A DNA stretch of 32,000 bases from an uncultured Erysipelotrichaceae bacterium (GCA_964401865.1 CAYNZZ010000004.1:30001-62000), one strand, 5' to 3'; shown: positions 19,280-28,901, numbered from the stretch's first letter. Made by a program: numbers and translations. The notes: generated from the sequence alone by a model not told the origin.

Positions 19280-20134
19280 ATGCAAAAAGTATGTTTTATT
19301 GATAAACCTAGAGGCATGACATCTTTTGATGTATGCCATAAAATGCGTAAAGTTTTAAATACAAGGGCAGTTGGTCATACTGGCACTTTAGATCCCAATG
19401 CTACTGGCGTGATGATAATATTGTTTGATAAGACTTGTAAAGCTAATCCTTTTATTGTCAGTGCATCAAAAGAATATGTTGCGACAGTAGAGATTGGCTA
19501 CGAGACGGATACTTTAGATATTGATGGAAATGTTATATCTAAAATGGATAGATATCAAATGCCCGGGCGTAAAGAAATAGAGAATGTATTAAGGTCGTTT
19601 CTTGGCAAGTCAACACAAAAACCACCGATGACCTCAGCTATAAAGGTTAAAGGAAAAAAGTTGTATGATTATCAAAGGCAGAATATTGAAGTTGAAATTC
19701 CTGAAAGAGAGATCGAAGTTTTTGACATTGAATTATTAAATGTTAATCAGAATATGATAACTTTTAAAGCAAATGTATCTAGTGGCACATATATCAGAAG
19801 TCTAATGAGGGATATTTTAACTAAAATGGGGCTTGTAGGCACATTATCGAAACTTAGAAGGACTAGGGTGGATAATATCGGTATTGAAAGTTGTGATAGT
19901 TTGGAGGATGCTTTAAATGGCAACATACACTTTCATGATTTAAAAGAATTGCTGACTCATCGCTATCCAATTTATGAATGTGATGAAAGAATGACTAACG
20001 ATATTAAAAATGGCAAAACTATAAAGCTTAACGAAAAAAATGAATTTGTATGTATGGTTAAAGGCGATGAAGTATTGGCAATATATGAATATCAAAACGA
20101 TGGATTGTACCATTCTAAGCGAGGATTGTTTTAA
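19280..20134 (+). CDS. truB: tRNA pseudouridine(55) synthase
   Basis: 284 aa. Catalytic-Asp motif GHTGTLDPNATGV, plus PPMTSAIKVKGKKLY. Confidence 0.95.
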   Translation: MQKVCFIDKPRGMTSFDVCHKMRKVLNTRAVGHTGTLDPNATGVMIILFDKTCKANPFIVSASKEYVATVEIGYETDTLDIDGNVISKMDRYQMPGRKEIENVLRSFLGKSTQKPPMTSAIKVKGKKLYDYQRQNIEVEIPEREIEVFDIELLNVNQNMITFKANVSSGTYIRSLMRDILTKMGLVGTLSKLRRTRVDNIGIESCDSLEDALNGNIHFHDLKELLTHRYPIYECDERMTNDIKNGKTIKLNEKNEFVCMVKGDEVLAIYEYQNDGLYHSKRGLF

Positions 20135-21078
20135 TGGAAATTATCTATATGGATATTGAAGATAATCTTAAAATAGATGATTCAATAGTTGCTTGCATTG
20201 GTTATTTTGACGGAATACATAAAGGCCATCAAGCTTTGATCAAAAAAACAAAAAAGATCGCTAAAGCAGATGGTTTAAAATCAGCGATTATTACATTTTT
20301 CCCGGATCCTTACGAGGTTATCAATAATGGAAAAGTTCAAAAGCACATTCAAGATTTTGACAGTCGCTTAAAAATAATTGAAAAGTTTGGATTAGATATC
20401 TGTGTTGTCATAAATTTTTCGCTTTCTTTGGCTTATAAAAGCCCAAAAGTTTTTTTAGACATCATTTTAAATAAAATGGATATCAAATCATTGGTATGTG
20501 GTTTTGATTTTCATTATGGTTACAAGGGCAGTGGTGACAAAAATACCTTGGCTGTTGATGGAAAAGACAGATTTACTTTACATGTTATTGACGAAGTAAA
20601 ATATCAAAATGAAAAGATATCTTCAACCAGAATTAGAAATGCGATCATTGAGGGAGACCTGCCTTTAGTGAGTGAACTTTTGGGTTATGATTTTTTCATT
20701 AGGGGCAAAGTTATTCATGGTTTAGAAAATGGTCGCAAAATAGGTTTTCCAACAGCCAATATTTTATATGATGAAGAAGTCATACTTCCTAAAGTTGCCA
20801 TGGTTTATGGTGGTTTTGTCAAAGTGGATGGTCAATACTATAAGGCGATGATTAATTATGGAAGTAATCCGAGTGTAAAAAAAGATAAAAGATATACCTT
20901 AGAAGCCAATATTTTTGATTTTGATAATACGATTTATGATAAGGAAATTTATATATACTTTAAGGAAGCTATCAGAGAAGAGAGAAAGTTTGAAAGTTTG
21001 ATGCTTTTAAGTGAGCAATTGAAAAGAGACAAAAAGTACATTGAGGAAAAATTTAACTATGGAAACTTTATTTTATGA
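20134..21078 (+). CDS. ribF: Bifunctional riboflavin kinase / FMN adenylyltransferase
   Basis: 314 aa. The N-terminal FAD synthetase has GYFDGIHKGHQ, and the C-terminal kinase has GFPTANI and LEANIFDFD..IYDKEI. TAATG overlap with truB. TGA stop. Confidence 0.95.
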   Translation: MEIIYMDIEDNLKIDDSIVACIGYFDGIHKGHQALIKKTKKIAKADGLKSAIITFFPDPYEVINNGKVQKHIQDFDSRLKIIEKFGLDICVVINFSLSLAYKSPKVFLDIILNKMDIKSLVCGFDFHYGYKGSGDKNTLAVDGKDRFTLHVIDEVKYQNEKISSTRIRNAIIEGDLPLVSELLGYDFFIRGKVIHGLENGRKIGFPTANILYDEEVILPKVAMVYGGFVKVDGQYYKAMINYGSNPSVKKDKRYTLEANIFDFDNTIYDKEIYIYFKEAIREERKFESLMLLSEQLKRDKKYIEEKFNYGNFIL

Positions 21079-22351
21079 TCGATTAAAAGAATACTTTAAA
21101 GGTGATTATGATTTGGTTTTAGATAAGTTAAAGACTGAACCTTTAAAGAGTATCTTTCTAAATGCTAAAAAAGCAGATCGTGATGAGATTTTAAATCTTT
21201 TTGATTTTGATTACCATAAATGTGGTATCAATCCTAATGCTTTTATTCATGAGTGTCCAAACATAGGTAAGACAAAAGCTTATGAGCTAGGTTTGATTTA
21301 TCCCCAAGAGATAAGTGCATCTTTGCCGGCTTTGATACCTGATGTTAAAGAAGTGAAACTTGTGGTTGATATGGCATCATCACCAGGTGGTAAATCAATC
21401 AATATATTAAATAGATTGAGTGATGACAGTATTTTAATAGCGAATGAAATAGATTATAAAAGAGCGCAGGTTTTGACTTCTAATCTTGAAAGAATGGGAT
21501 TTTCAAATGTTATTGTGACAAATAAGAATACCAAAGATTTGATGGTTTTGAATGGATTGGTAGATTTAGTTATTTTAGATGCTCCATGTTCTGGTGAAGG
21601 GATGGTAAAAAAATATCCAGAAATAATTAAAGAATATTCTTTACAAAATATTCAAAATTGTGCAATGAGACAGGAAGAATTATTAGAAAATGCATATAGC
21701 TTATTAAAAAAGGGTGGGCAATTACTATATTCAACCTGCACTTTCGCTCATGAGGAAGACGAAGAACAAATTAATAATTTTATTTTTAGACATCCAGATA
21801 TGAAGTTGAAAGCTTTTAAACTGAATGGCAAAGAGTATAGTGGCATGGCTAAATTTACTTTTTTAGATGATATGGAAGGTCAATTTATGGCTTATATGGT
21901 CAAAGAAAGTATGGATGATAAGGCCGGGAATATTAGATATAAAACGATATCTAGAAATAAAATTGTCGAAGAATTTATTGAAAGTAATATAGATATTCAT
22001 AATTATTATTTATACAATCAAAATGAACATTACTATTTGAGTTTCATGTCTTTACCGGACTTAAAAGATCATGTATTGCGATATGGAATCTATCTTGGTG
22101 ATTTATTGAAAAATCGTTTTGAGCCATCGCATCATCTTTTTAGGGCTAACTGTTTAAAAGACAGATTTAAGTACTGTTATGAGTTGAATGACGAACAATA
22201 CGATATGTTTATTAAGGGTTTAGAAATAGATGCTGATATTAAAAATGGATATGTAAGCATCAGATATCATGGCCATTTATTAGGTTTTGGTAAGACGGTT
22301 AACGGTAAGATAAAAAATAAATATCCAAAAGGATTGAGAAGAATGATATAA
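21059..22351 (+). CDS. RsmB/RsmF-family RNA cytosine-C5 methyltransferase
   Basis: I set the start to the ATG at 21059 (GAGGA 11 nt upstream); the ORF-track start at 21041 is a TTG. SAM motif DMASSPGGKS, motif IV LDAPCSGEG, motif VI LLYSTCTF, and a C-terminal extension as in RsmF/YebU-like proteins. Confidence 0.8.
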   Translation: METLFYDRLKEYFKGDYDLVLDKLKTEPLKSIFLNAKKADRDEILNLFDFDYHKCGINPNAFIHECPNIGKTKAYELGLIYPQEISASLPALIPDVKEVKLVVDMASSPGGKSINILNRLSDDSILIANEIDYKRAQVLTSNLERMGFSNVIVTNKNTKDLMVLNGLVDLVILDAPCSGEGMVKKYPEIIKEYSLQNIQNCAMRQEELLENAYSLLKKGGQLLYSTCTFAHEEDEEQINNFIFRHPDMKLKAFKLNGKEYSGMAKFTFLDDMEGQFMAYMVKESMDDKAGNIRYKTISRNKIVEEFIESNIDIHNYYLYNQNEHYYLSFMSLPDLKDHVLRYGIYLGDLLKNRFEPSHHLFRANCLKDRFKYCYELNDEQYDMFIKGLEIDADIKNGYVSIRYHGHLLGFGKTVNGKIKNKYPKGLRRMI

Positions 22352-22376
22352 TTATTTTGGTGTAGAGGAGTTAAAA

Positions 22377-22697
22377 ATGGAAAAGAATAATGTTAGTTTT
22401 GATTCAAAGACGGGTCGCGTAATTTTAAGTAACGAAGTATTTAAAAATATAGCACAAATTGTATGTGAAAAGATTGATGGTGTATATTCTGCAAAAAAAG
22501 ATAATGATTATGTGGTGTGCAAAATCAATGACAATCAAGTTAAATTGACATTATATATTAAATTGAGACAAGGTATTGATGTAGCGAAGGTATGCAATAA
22601 ACTACAAAAGAAAATACACGAGGATATCATGGATATGACTGGTATTGATTGTCATGATATCAGTTTAGATATTCAAGGCTTTGTGAGTGAGAAATAA
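22377..22697 (+). CDS. Asp23/Gls24-family (alkaline shock) protein
   Basis: 106 aa. It reads VILSNEVFKNIAQIVCEKIDGVY ... DISLDIQGF, which is typical of Asp23/DUF322. GAGGAG SD. Confidence 0.85.
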   Translation: MEKNNVSFDSKTGRVILSNEVFKNIAQIVCEKIDGVYSAKKDNDYVVCKINDNQVKLTLYIKLRQGIDVAKVCNKLQKKIHEDIMDMTGIDCHDISLDIQGFVSEK

Positions 22698-22703
22698 TTG
22701 ATG

Positions 22704-22732
22704 AATGTTCTGTTAAACAGGACATTTTTATT
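22704..22732 (+). terminator. Rho-independent terminator after asp23
   Basis: The stem is AATGTTCTG / CAGGACATT (one G.U pair) with loop TTAAA, followed by TTTTTATT. Confidence 0.7.
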
Positions 22733-22765
22733 GGCGATTTATACTATTTTATTATGTAAGTTGTA

Positions 22766-22798
22766 TTAGTAAAGGGCAGATTATCTGCCCTTTACTAA
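22766..22798 (-). terminator. Very stable hairpin at the ponA 3' end (no U-tract)
   Basis: It has a 15-bp perfect stem, TTAGTAAAGGGCAGA / TCTGCCCTTTACTAA, with a 3-nt loop. The ponA TAG stop (22795-22797) lies inside the stem. Neither strand has a following T-run, so terminator function is uncertain. Confidence 0.45.
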
Positions 22799-25700
22799 TT
22801 GTCATTGGATGAAATCACGATTGTAATTGTGTTTGATTTACTGCTACCTTTTGTTGCATATATTGTAACAGTGCCATTAGCTGAAGCACTGACACTAGCG
22901 TTTCCGTTTGAATCAATGCTTATAGCTGTAGGATCACTGACAACCCATGTAACATTACTATTGTTTACATTAATATTGAATGAATCACCAGGTTTTACCT
23001 GACTTACATCGGTAGAAATAGTTAATTCTGTTTGCTGATAATATGTGCAAGTTAATTCCCAAGAGTATAGTTCACTTTGTTTCTTAGTTATTTGTTCACC
23101 ATTGATATATGTTTTGTTAGCATCATGGAAAGTGAATGTTCCACTTGGTGAGCTGCTTGTTTCTTCTGCGTATTCAATAGTCAAATTGATTCCATATCTT
23201 GAAGCCCATGCTTTAATATTATCGACACTTCCTTTAACTGGTAGGGTGAATGTAATGTCATTATCGGCAATTTCTAAAGTCTTACATACAGTATTAGAAC
23301 GCATATCTCTTGAATCATATCCATAGTATGCACATACTTCAATTTTATCTCCTGCTTTAACATCTAGAGTTTCAGAGTGACTTGCCTGATTGGAAGTGAT
23401 TGTTTTCAAATTTTGACCGTTGACTTTAATATCAGCTTTATATCTGATTGGGCCATATACCCATGCATAATCAAATAATTTTTTACCCTTAGCTTCAACG
23501 ATAACACTGCCATCACTTCTCTTTAAGGAAATATCCATTTCACGATTTTCGTCAATCTCTTTAGTTTTGGTGACATCAGGATATTCTGGCCAAGTAATAC
23601 TTAAACTATTATTTAAACCACTTAAGTTAACGGTTAGTGAATCAGCCATATCAGAGATGGTTACTGATTCAGGATCGACAAGTTTGTAATCTTTTGTCGC
23701 TATTAAACCGGTTGTGATGAATTGCTCGTCCATGTTTTCAAGTGGTGCTGCATAAGGATAAGTAGCAATGATATGAGTTATGGAAGATATTCCTTCAGGT
23801 CTTGTAACAGCACTTGGTTTTCCGTTGGCTGTTACATTTCTAGTTTTGATTAAATTAGAAATTTTACCTTGAATATTTTGATAATATACGCTTTCTAGAA
23901 TATACGACTGTTTTTCGGCACTTGCTTTTTCATAACCGATCCAAGTAGCTACTGTGTAATCATTGGTTGAACATAAGTTCCAAGAATCCTTGATTGCGCC
24001 TCTTGGAATGCCGTAAGATAATCCGCTATCACCCCAGTCAGTTGTACCGGTTTTGGCATATACAGGATAATCTTCTCTTAATATCTGCATCATATTGGCA
24101 TAACCGCCATTTACATTGGAATATAGAAGCTGAGTTGTAAGATAAGCAGCTTGTTCAGATATCGCTTGATTTGGAGTATATGTTGGAGTAACAGGGTTTT
24201 TACCGTTTTTGTATTCAATCTTGCTTATTGTATGTGGAGTTATATATTTGCCACTATTCATAAGCATAGCTTGCGCACCAGCCATTTCTTTACATGATAC
24301 GATTAAGTCAGAACCACCGATTGCAAATTGAATGTTGAAATTATCAGCCGTTACTTTAGTGTAGCCAATTGAATTTAAATATTCTACGACATAGGCATTA
24401 GATGTAGCTTCAATAACTTCTTGCAAAGCTTGTACAGCAGGTGTATTCAGCGAGTTACCGACAGCTTCAGAAAGAGTTACCTGTCCATCGAAACGTCCGG
24501 TTGCATTGTAAATAACAGCACTTGTTCCAGGATATACGATAGGCCTATCAACTAATACATGACTTGTTGCCCAACCTAAGTTTTCAAAGGCCAATGCATA
24601 ATCTAGTATCGGTTTAATTGATGAACCAGGTTGTTTATATTGTTCGATGGCATGATTCAACAACAATTCTCCGCCATCGGCATAGTTTCTTCCACCAAGT
24701 ATGGCATTTATTTCACCAGTATGGTTATTAACAGAAATTGAAGCTATTTCAAAATCATCATCTGGGAATTCGAATCCATTACTGGTCTTTAAGTCATCTG
24801 ATTCTTCAATGTAATCAATGATGTCACCAGATTGGATAACATCCATCAATTCTTGAACTTCTGGATCCATATAAGTATATATCTTCATCGGTACGACATA
24901 TGGATCTTGATTGGTTAGTTCCATGACTTCAGAAATAACAGCATCGACATAAGCTTGGTATGCAATTCCCTCGCCAGTCTGATTATTTCTGTTATTTGGA
25001 TCTACCAGTAAGTCTTCAACTTTAATTGTTTTAGCCAATTTACATTCTTCATCATTAATGTAACCATGATAATTCATTAAATCTAAAACTTGATTTCTTC
25101 TAGCAGTTGCTTTTTCTAAATTTCTAAATGGATTGTAAGCATATGGTGCATTAATAACTCCGGCTAATAGGGCACTCTCGGCGATATTTAAGTCAGTTAC
25201 CGATTTATTAAAGTAATATTCAGCCGCTTTTTCAACACCACGGATATTACGATTACCACCAAAATTTAATTTATTTAAATATAGTTCAAAAATGTTTTTC
25301 TTTGAGGTCTTGTTCTCAAGTTCCATTGCCATGATGATTTCCTGAACCTTACGATCAACTTTTTTTTCGGCATTGATTCCGGCTTCATCATCAACAAAGT
25401 AAGTGTTTTTAACAAGCTGCATCGTGAAGGTACTGCCACCTTGTGAGAAAGACATCGTTTTGATATTTTCCAAGAAGGCTTTAGTGAAACGTGAAATATC
25501 AAAGCCGTTATGAGAGAAGAAACGCGAGTCTTCAACAGCGACAAAGGCATCAACTAGACAGTTAGGGAGATCGTCATAAGAAACATTTTCTCTGATTGTC
25601 ATACCTAATTCTGCGATGACATTGCCATTTTTGTCATAAATTTCAGTTGATTCTTGATTTTGGAAACTATCTAATGTTACTTCTGGTTTATCTTTTAACA

Positions 25701-25827
25701 TATTAAACATTACTAATAAACCGACAACTAGGCACACAAAGCCGACTAGGACAATTCCTGATACTATTGTCGCCCATAATCTTACTTTATCGACTTTTCT
25801 TTTTGGTTTTTTTACTTTATCTGACAT
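22795..25827 (-). CDS. ponA: Class A penicillin-binding protein (PBP1A-type) with a long C-terminal extension
   Basis: 1010 aa with an N-terminal TM anchor. GT51 motifs are EDSRFFSHNGFD, GGSTFTMQLVKN and IFELYLN. Transpeptidase motifs are SSIKP (SxxK), SLN (SxN) and KTGTT (K592). About 330 further residues end in a Big_2-like repeat. AGGAG SD. Confidence 0.95.
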   Translation of the reverse strand: MSDKVKKPKRKVDKVRLWATIVSGIVLVGFVCLVVGLLVMFNMLKDKPEVTLDSFQNQESTEIYDKNGNVIAELGMTIRENVSYDDLPNCLVDAFVAVEDSRFFSHNGFDISRFTKAFLENIKTMSFSQGGSTFTMQLVKNTYFVDDEAGINAEKKVDRKVQEIIMAMELENKTSKKNIFELYLNKLNFGGNRNIRGVEKAAEYYFNKSVTDLNIAESALLAGVINAPYAYNPFRNLEKATARRNQVLDLMNYHGYINDEECKLAKTIKVEDLLVDPNNRNNQTGEGIAYQAYVDAVISEVMELTNQDPYVVPMKIYTYMDPEVQELMDVIQSGDIIDYIEESDDLKTSNGFEFPDDDFEIASISVNNHTGEINAILGGRNYADGGELLLNHAIEQYKQPGSSIKPILDYALAFENLGWATSHVLVDRPIVYPGTSAVIYNATGRFDGQVTLSEAVGNSLNTPAVQALQEVIEATSNAYVVEYLNSIGYTKVTADNFNIQFAIGGSDLIVSCKEMAGAQAMLMNSGKYITPHTISKIEYKNGKNPVTPTYTPNQAISEQAAYLTTQLLYSNVNGGYANMMQILREDYPVYAKTGTTDWGDSGLSYGIPRGAIKDSWNLCSTNDYTVATWIGYEKASAEKQSYILESVYYQNIQGKISNLIKTRNVTANGKPSAVTRPEGISSITHIIATYPYAAPLENMDEQFITTGLIATKDYKLVDPESVTISDMADSLTVNLSGLNNSLSITWPEYPDVTKTKEIDENREMDISLKRSDGSVIVEAKGKKLFDYAWVYGPIRYKADIKVNGQNLKTITSNQASHSETLDVKAGDKIEVCAYYGYDSRDMRSNTVCKTLEIADNDITFTLPVKGSVDNIKAWASRYGINLTIEYAEETSSSPSGTFTFHDANKTYINGEQITKKQSELYSWELTCTYYQQTELTISTDVSQVKPGDSFNINVNNSNVTWVVSDPTAISIDSNGNASVSASANGTVTIYATKGSSKSNTITIVISSNDN

Positions 25828-25840
25828 TGGTTATACACTC

Positions 25841-26407
25841 CTATAAATTAAATGCTTTATCAATCGCTTTTAAATAATCACATGGTATCAATAAGCGAAA
25901 ATTGATTGGATATCCATGTTCCAAAATCCATGAATACGGCAAAGATTTTCTAACATCGCTATAATAGAACTCTAAGAATTCATCAGCTTTGATGAGATAA
26001 TCTTTTCCGTAGTAAGCCATTCGCATAATAATGAATGCCACAGCTCCAAACGATAGAACGCTTTGGAGATGTTTGATTTGATGTGGATGAATAGATGTGA
26101 ATGGAAAAGCATTCTTTGAATGACATTCCTTGGCTTCAAAATCAATATATTTACCTTTATATATTCCGTTGTAATCAGTGGTGCTTGGAACCTTGAAATA
26201 TGCTTCGGTTATTTTAGCGGCACTGCGCTTTGGATAATCGACATTTACAATGGTAATTGGAGTAGGCTTTTTGTGAATATTCGCCATCTCGTTATCAAGA
26301 TAATATTGATTAGATTGATTGATTTCACTTTCTAAAGACATTCCTCGTCTTGATGTGTCATTGACGGCTTCTTTTTGAAAGTGTTTATTTGAATTTGGGT
26401 ATTTCAT
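25841..26407 (-). CDS. recU: Holliday-junction resolvase RecU
   Basis: 188 aa. It has RRGMSLESEIN, HKKPTPI and the catalytic block DYNGIYKGKYIDFEAKEC. The conserved recU-ponA gene pair is the same as in Bacillus. Confidence 0.95.
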   Translation of the reverse strand: MKYPNSNKHFQKEAVNDTSRRGMSLESEINQSNQYYLDNEMANIHKKPTPITIVNVDYPKRSAAKITEAYFKVPSTTDYNGIYKGKYIDFEAKECHSKNAFPFTSIHPHQIKHLQSVLSFGAVAFIIMRMAYYGKDYLIKADEFLEFYYSDVRKSLPYSWILEHGYPINFRLLIPCDYLKAIDKAFNL

Positions 26408-26457
26408 CTCATCACCATAACCATTATATTATTTTAGCTTTTAAAATGCTAGTTTGC

Positions 26458-26486
26458 TTGCATAACTTGATTTTATGATTTAAAAT
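26458..26486 (+). promoter_or_regulatory. Putative gpsB promoter
   Basis: -35 TTGCAT (26458-26463), 17-nt spacer, -10 TAAAAT (26481-26486). This would give a very short 5' UTR ahead of the AAGGGAG SD. Confidence 0.35.
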
Positions 26487-26506
26487 TAAACAAGGGAGAT
26501 TTAATC

Positions 26507-26824
26507 ATGAATAAAATGCATTTAACAACTCAAGATATTTTAGATAAAGAATTTAACGTTGATTTTAAAGGTTATTCTGCTAGTGAAGTAGATTCATTTT
26601 TAGATATAGTTTTAGATGATTACTACAACGCAGCAGAAAATATAGAAGAATTAAGTAATAGAATTGTTGAACTTGAAAAACAATTAGAAGAAGCTAAAAA
26701 TCAAGTTACTGAACTTGAAGGAAGACAAAAGGTTCTTGATTTGTCTAATACAACATCTTATAGTTCAGTAGATCTTTTAAAGCGTGTATCTCGCTTAGAA
26801 GAAGAAGTATTCAATAAGCGTTAA
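26507..26824 (+). CDS. gpsB: Cell-cycle protein GpsB (DivIVA-domain)
   Basis: 105 aa. The N-terminal DivIVA domain reads LTTQDILDKEFNVDFKGYSASEVDSFLDIVLDDY, followed by a C-terminal coiled coil. It is divergent from recU, as in Bacillus. Confidence 0.9.
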   Translation: MNKMHLTTQDILDKEFNVDFKGYSASEVDSFLDIVLDDYYNAAENIEELSNRIVELEKQLEEAKNQVTELEGRQKVLDLSNTTSYSSVDLLKRVSRLEEEVFNKR

Positions 26825-27170
26825 TTACTTCAGGCAATCGCTGGTTTATAACTAGAGGAAAGTCCATGCTCGCACATTCTGCGATGAATGTAGTGTTTAT
26901 GCTAAGTGAAACAATAAACTTAGGTAGTGTGATCTAACGGCTGGTAAGTTTCCTAAGGGCAACTATGGAAACTCCTATAAAAGTGTCAAAGAGACGAGTT
27001 TATCTGAAAAGATAAAAGTGGAACGTGATAAACCCCATAAGCGAGAAACCCAAATTTGGTAGGGGAACTTTAAATAGCAAATTGAAGCGATTTTAGAGGT
27101 ATTGTTTATACAGTACAGATAAATGATTGCCACCTCAATGGTACAGAACATGGCTTATGAAGTATTTAAT
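26821..27170 (+). ncRNA. rnpB: RNase P RNA, bacterial type B (ends +/- ~5 nt)
   Basis: Several blocks closely resemble B. subtilis rnpB as I remember it: GGCAAUCGCUGG, GAGGAAAGUCCAUGCUCGCAC, GUGGAACGUGAUAAACCCCAUAAGCGAGAAACCCAAAUUUGGUAGGGGAAC, AGAUAAAUGAUUGCCACCUC and ACAGAACAUGGCUUA. P1 pairing is UACUUCA (26826-26832) with UGAAGUA (27158-27164). Confidence 0.9.
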
Positions 27171-27173
27171 ATA

Positions 27174-27196
27174 TAGGACTAAGGTCCTTTTTTTAT
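27174..27196 (+). terminator. Rho-independent terminator after rnpB
   Basis: It is a short stem AGGAC / GTCCT with loop TAAG, followed by TTTTTTTAT. Confidence 0.55.
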
Positions 27197-27228
27197 GATA
27201 AAATTATATGCAGATTGGAGATAGTGTT

Positions 27229-27822
27229 ATGAATTTGCCAAATAAACTTACAATGTTTCGTATTGTTTTAGTACCTGTACTAGCTTTAGTGTGGTTATTC
27301 CCTTATGCGGAGTTTAATATCAGCTTTATATCTTTCGAGATTGGAAACACATCTTTGTCATTGTTAAATATAATAGTGCTGCTCATTTTTGCAATTGCGT
27401 CGTTTACTGACTTTTTGGATGGAAATATCGCTAGAAAGAATAATTTAGTTACGACTTTTGGGAAATTCGCTGATCCAATTGCTGACAAATTATTAGTAAA
27501 TGTTACACTAATGATAATGGTAACCAAGGGTATGATACCTGTTGTGCCAGTTATATTGATGTTGGCGAGAGATACAATTGTTGATGGATGTCGCATGATT
27601 GCTGCTCAAAATGGTGTTGTGGTGGCAGCTGGTATCTTGGGCAAATTAAAGACAGTACTACAAATGATATGCATTATATTGGTATTGTTGAATAACTTGC
27701 CATTTGAATTATTTTATATACCGGTGTCTGATATTATTTTATGGTTTGCAACAATTATATCGCTCGCAAGCGGATACTCATATTTTATGCAATTAAAAGA
27801 ATATATTTTTGAATCAATTTAG
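27229..27822 (+). CDS. pgsA: CDP-diacylglycerol--glycerol-3-phosphate 3-phosphatidyltransferase
   Basis: I trimmed the start to the ATG at 27229 ([12 protein letters not shown]; GGAG SD 8 nt upstream). The CDP-alcohol phosphatidyltransferase motif is [27 protein letters not shown]. Confidence 0.95.
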   Translation: MNLPNKLTMFRIVLVPVLALVWLFPYAEFNISFISFEIGNTSLSLLNIIVLLIFAIASFTDFLDGNIARKNNLVTTFGKFADPIADKLLVNVTLMIMVTKGMIPVVPVILMLARDTIVDGCRMIAAQNGVVVAAGILGKLKTVLQMICIILVLLNNLPFELFYIPVSDIILWFATIISLASGYSYFMQLKEYIFESI

Positions 27823-27869
27823 GATTATTGAATTTATGTGACAACAATATTAAAGAAAGGAAAAAAGTT

Positions 27870-28883
27870 ATGGCTAAAGAAACAAATCGCGATCAATTAC
27901 TTGATGATGCTTTGAAACAAATAGAAAAACAATATGGCAAAGGGTCGATTATGAAACTTGGCGAAAGAGCCAATGTTGATGTTGATGTCATTTCATCTGG
28001 ATCGCTTTCTATTGACTACTGCTTAGGTGTTGGCGGTTTTCCAAGAGGGAGAATTGTAGAAATATATGGTCCAGAATCTAGTGGTAAAACAACTCTTGCC
28101 CTTCATGTGATTGCTGAGTGTCAAAAGGAAGGAGGCAAGGCAGCATTTATTGATGCTGAACACGCTATAGATCCAAGATATGCCAAAGCGCTTGGTGTCG
28201 ATGTTGATGAGTTGATCTTGTCGCAACCCGATTCAGGAGAACAGGCTTTAGAGATTACAGAAGTATTAATTAGAAGTGGAGCCATTGATTTAGTAGTTAT
28301 TGACTCAGTGGCTGCTCTTGTTCCACAAGCAGAATTAGATGGTGAAATGGGCGATGCAAATGTCGGTTTACATGCCCGTTTAATGTCGAAGGCCATGCGT
28401 AAATTGGCAGGTGCTATGAATGCTAATAACTGTACTGCTATCTTTATCAACCAATTAAGAGAAAAGGTTGGAGTAATGTTTGGTAATCCTGAAACAACTA
28501 CTGGTGGTCGTGCATTAAAGTTCTATTCGACTATTCGTATTGAAGTCAGAAAATCTGAAGCAATTAAAAATGGTACTGATATTATCGGTAATAAAGTTAA
28601 TATTAAGGTAGCCAAAAATAAAGTTGCTCCGCCATTTAAAACAACTCAAGTTGATATTTATTATGGGGAAGGCATATCTCATATATCTGAGGTTGTGACA
28701 TTGGGAAGCGATCTTGGAATTATTGATAAAGCTGGAGCGTGGTTTTCATATCAAGGCGAAAAGATTGGGCAAGGAAGAGAAGCGGTACGCGCTTATCTAT
28801 TGGCTAATCCTGTTGTTGATGCTGAAATCACAGCCAAAATTAGAGAAAAACTGTTTAAAAAAGATGAAGAAGGCGCTTTGTAA
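27870..28883 (+). CDS. recA: Recombinase RecA
   Basis: I trimmed the start to the ATG at 27870 ([31 protein letters not shown]). Walker [10 protein letters not shown], plus [11 protein letters not shown]-like and [29 protein letters not shown] blocks. The ORF-track start at 27828 is a TTG. Confidence 0.97.
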   Translation: MAKETNRDQLLDDALKQIEKQYGKGSIMKLGERANVDVDVISSGSLSIDYCLGVGGFPRGRIVEIYGPESSGKTTLALHVIAECQKEGGKAAFIDAEHAIDPRYAKALGVDVDELILSQPDSGEQALEITEVLIRSGAIDLVVIDSVAALVPQAELDGEMGDANVGLHARLMSKAMRKLAGAMNANNCTAIFINQLREKVGVMFGNPETTTGGRALKFYSTIRIEVRKSEAIKNGTDIIGNKVNIKVAKNKVAPPFKTTQVDIYYGEGISHISEVVTLGSDLGIIDKAGAWFSYQGEKIGQGREAVRAYLLANPVVDAEITAKIREKLFKKDEEGAL

Positions 28884-28901
28884 TAAAGTGTCTTTTATTT
28901 T
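28870..28901 (+). terminator. Probable terminator overlapping the recA stop codon
   Basis: The stem is AAGGCGCTTT / AAAGTGTCTT (10 bp including two G.U pairs) with loop GTAAT, followed by TTATTTT. Confidence 0.5.

Noticed and set aside
22766-22798. The 15-bp GC-containing hairpin at the ponA stop as a mobile-element end or REP-like repeat
   Set aside because: Only a single copy is present in the window, with no flanking direct repeats and no adjacent transposase. It is most simply a 3'-end stabiliser or terminator for ponA.
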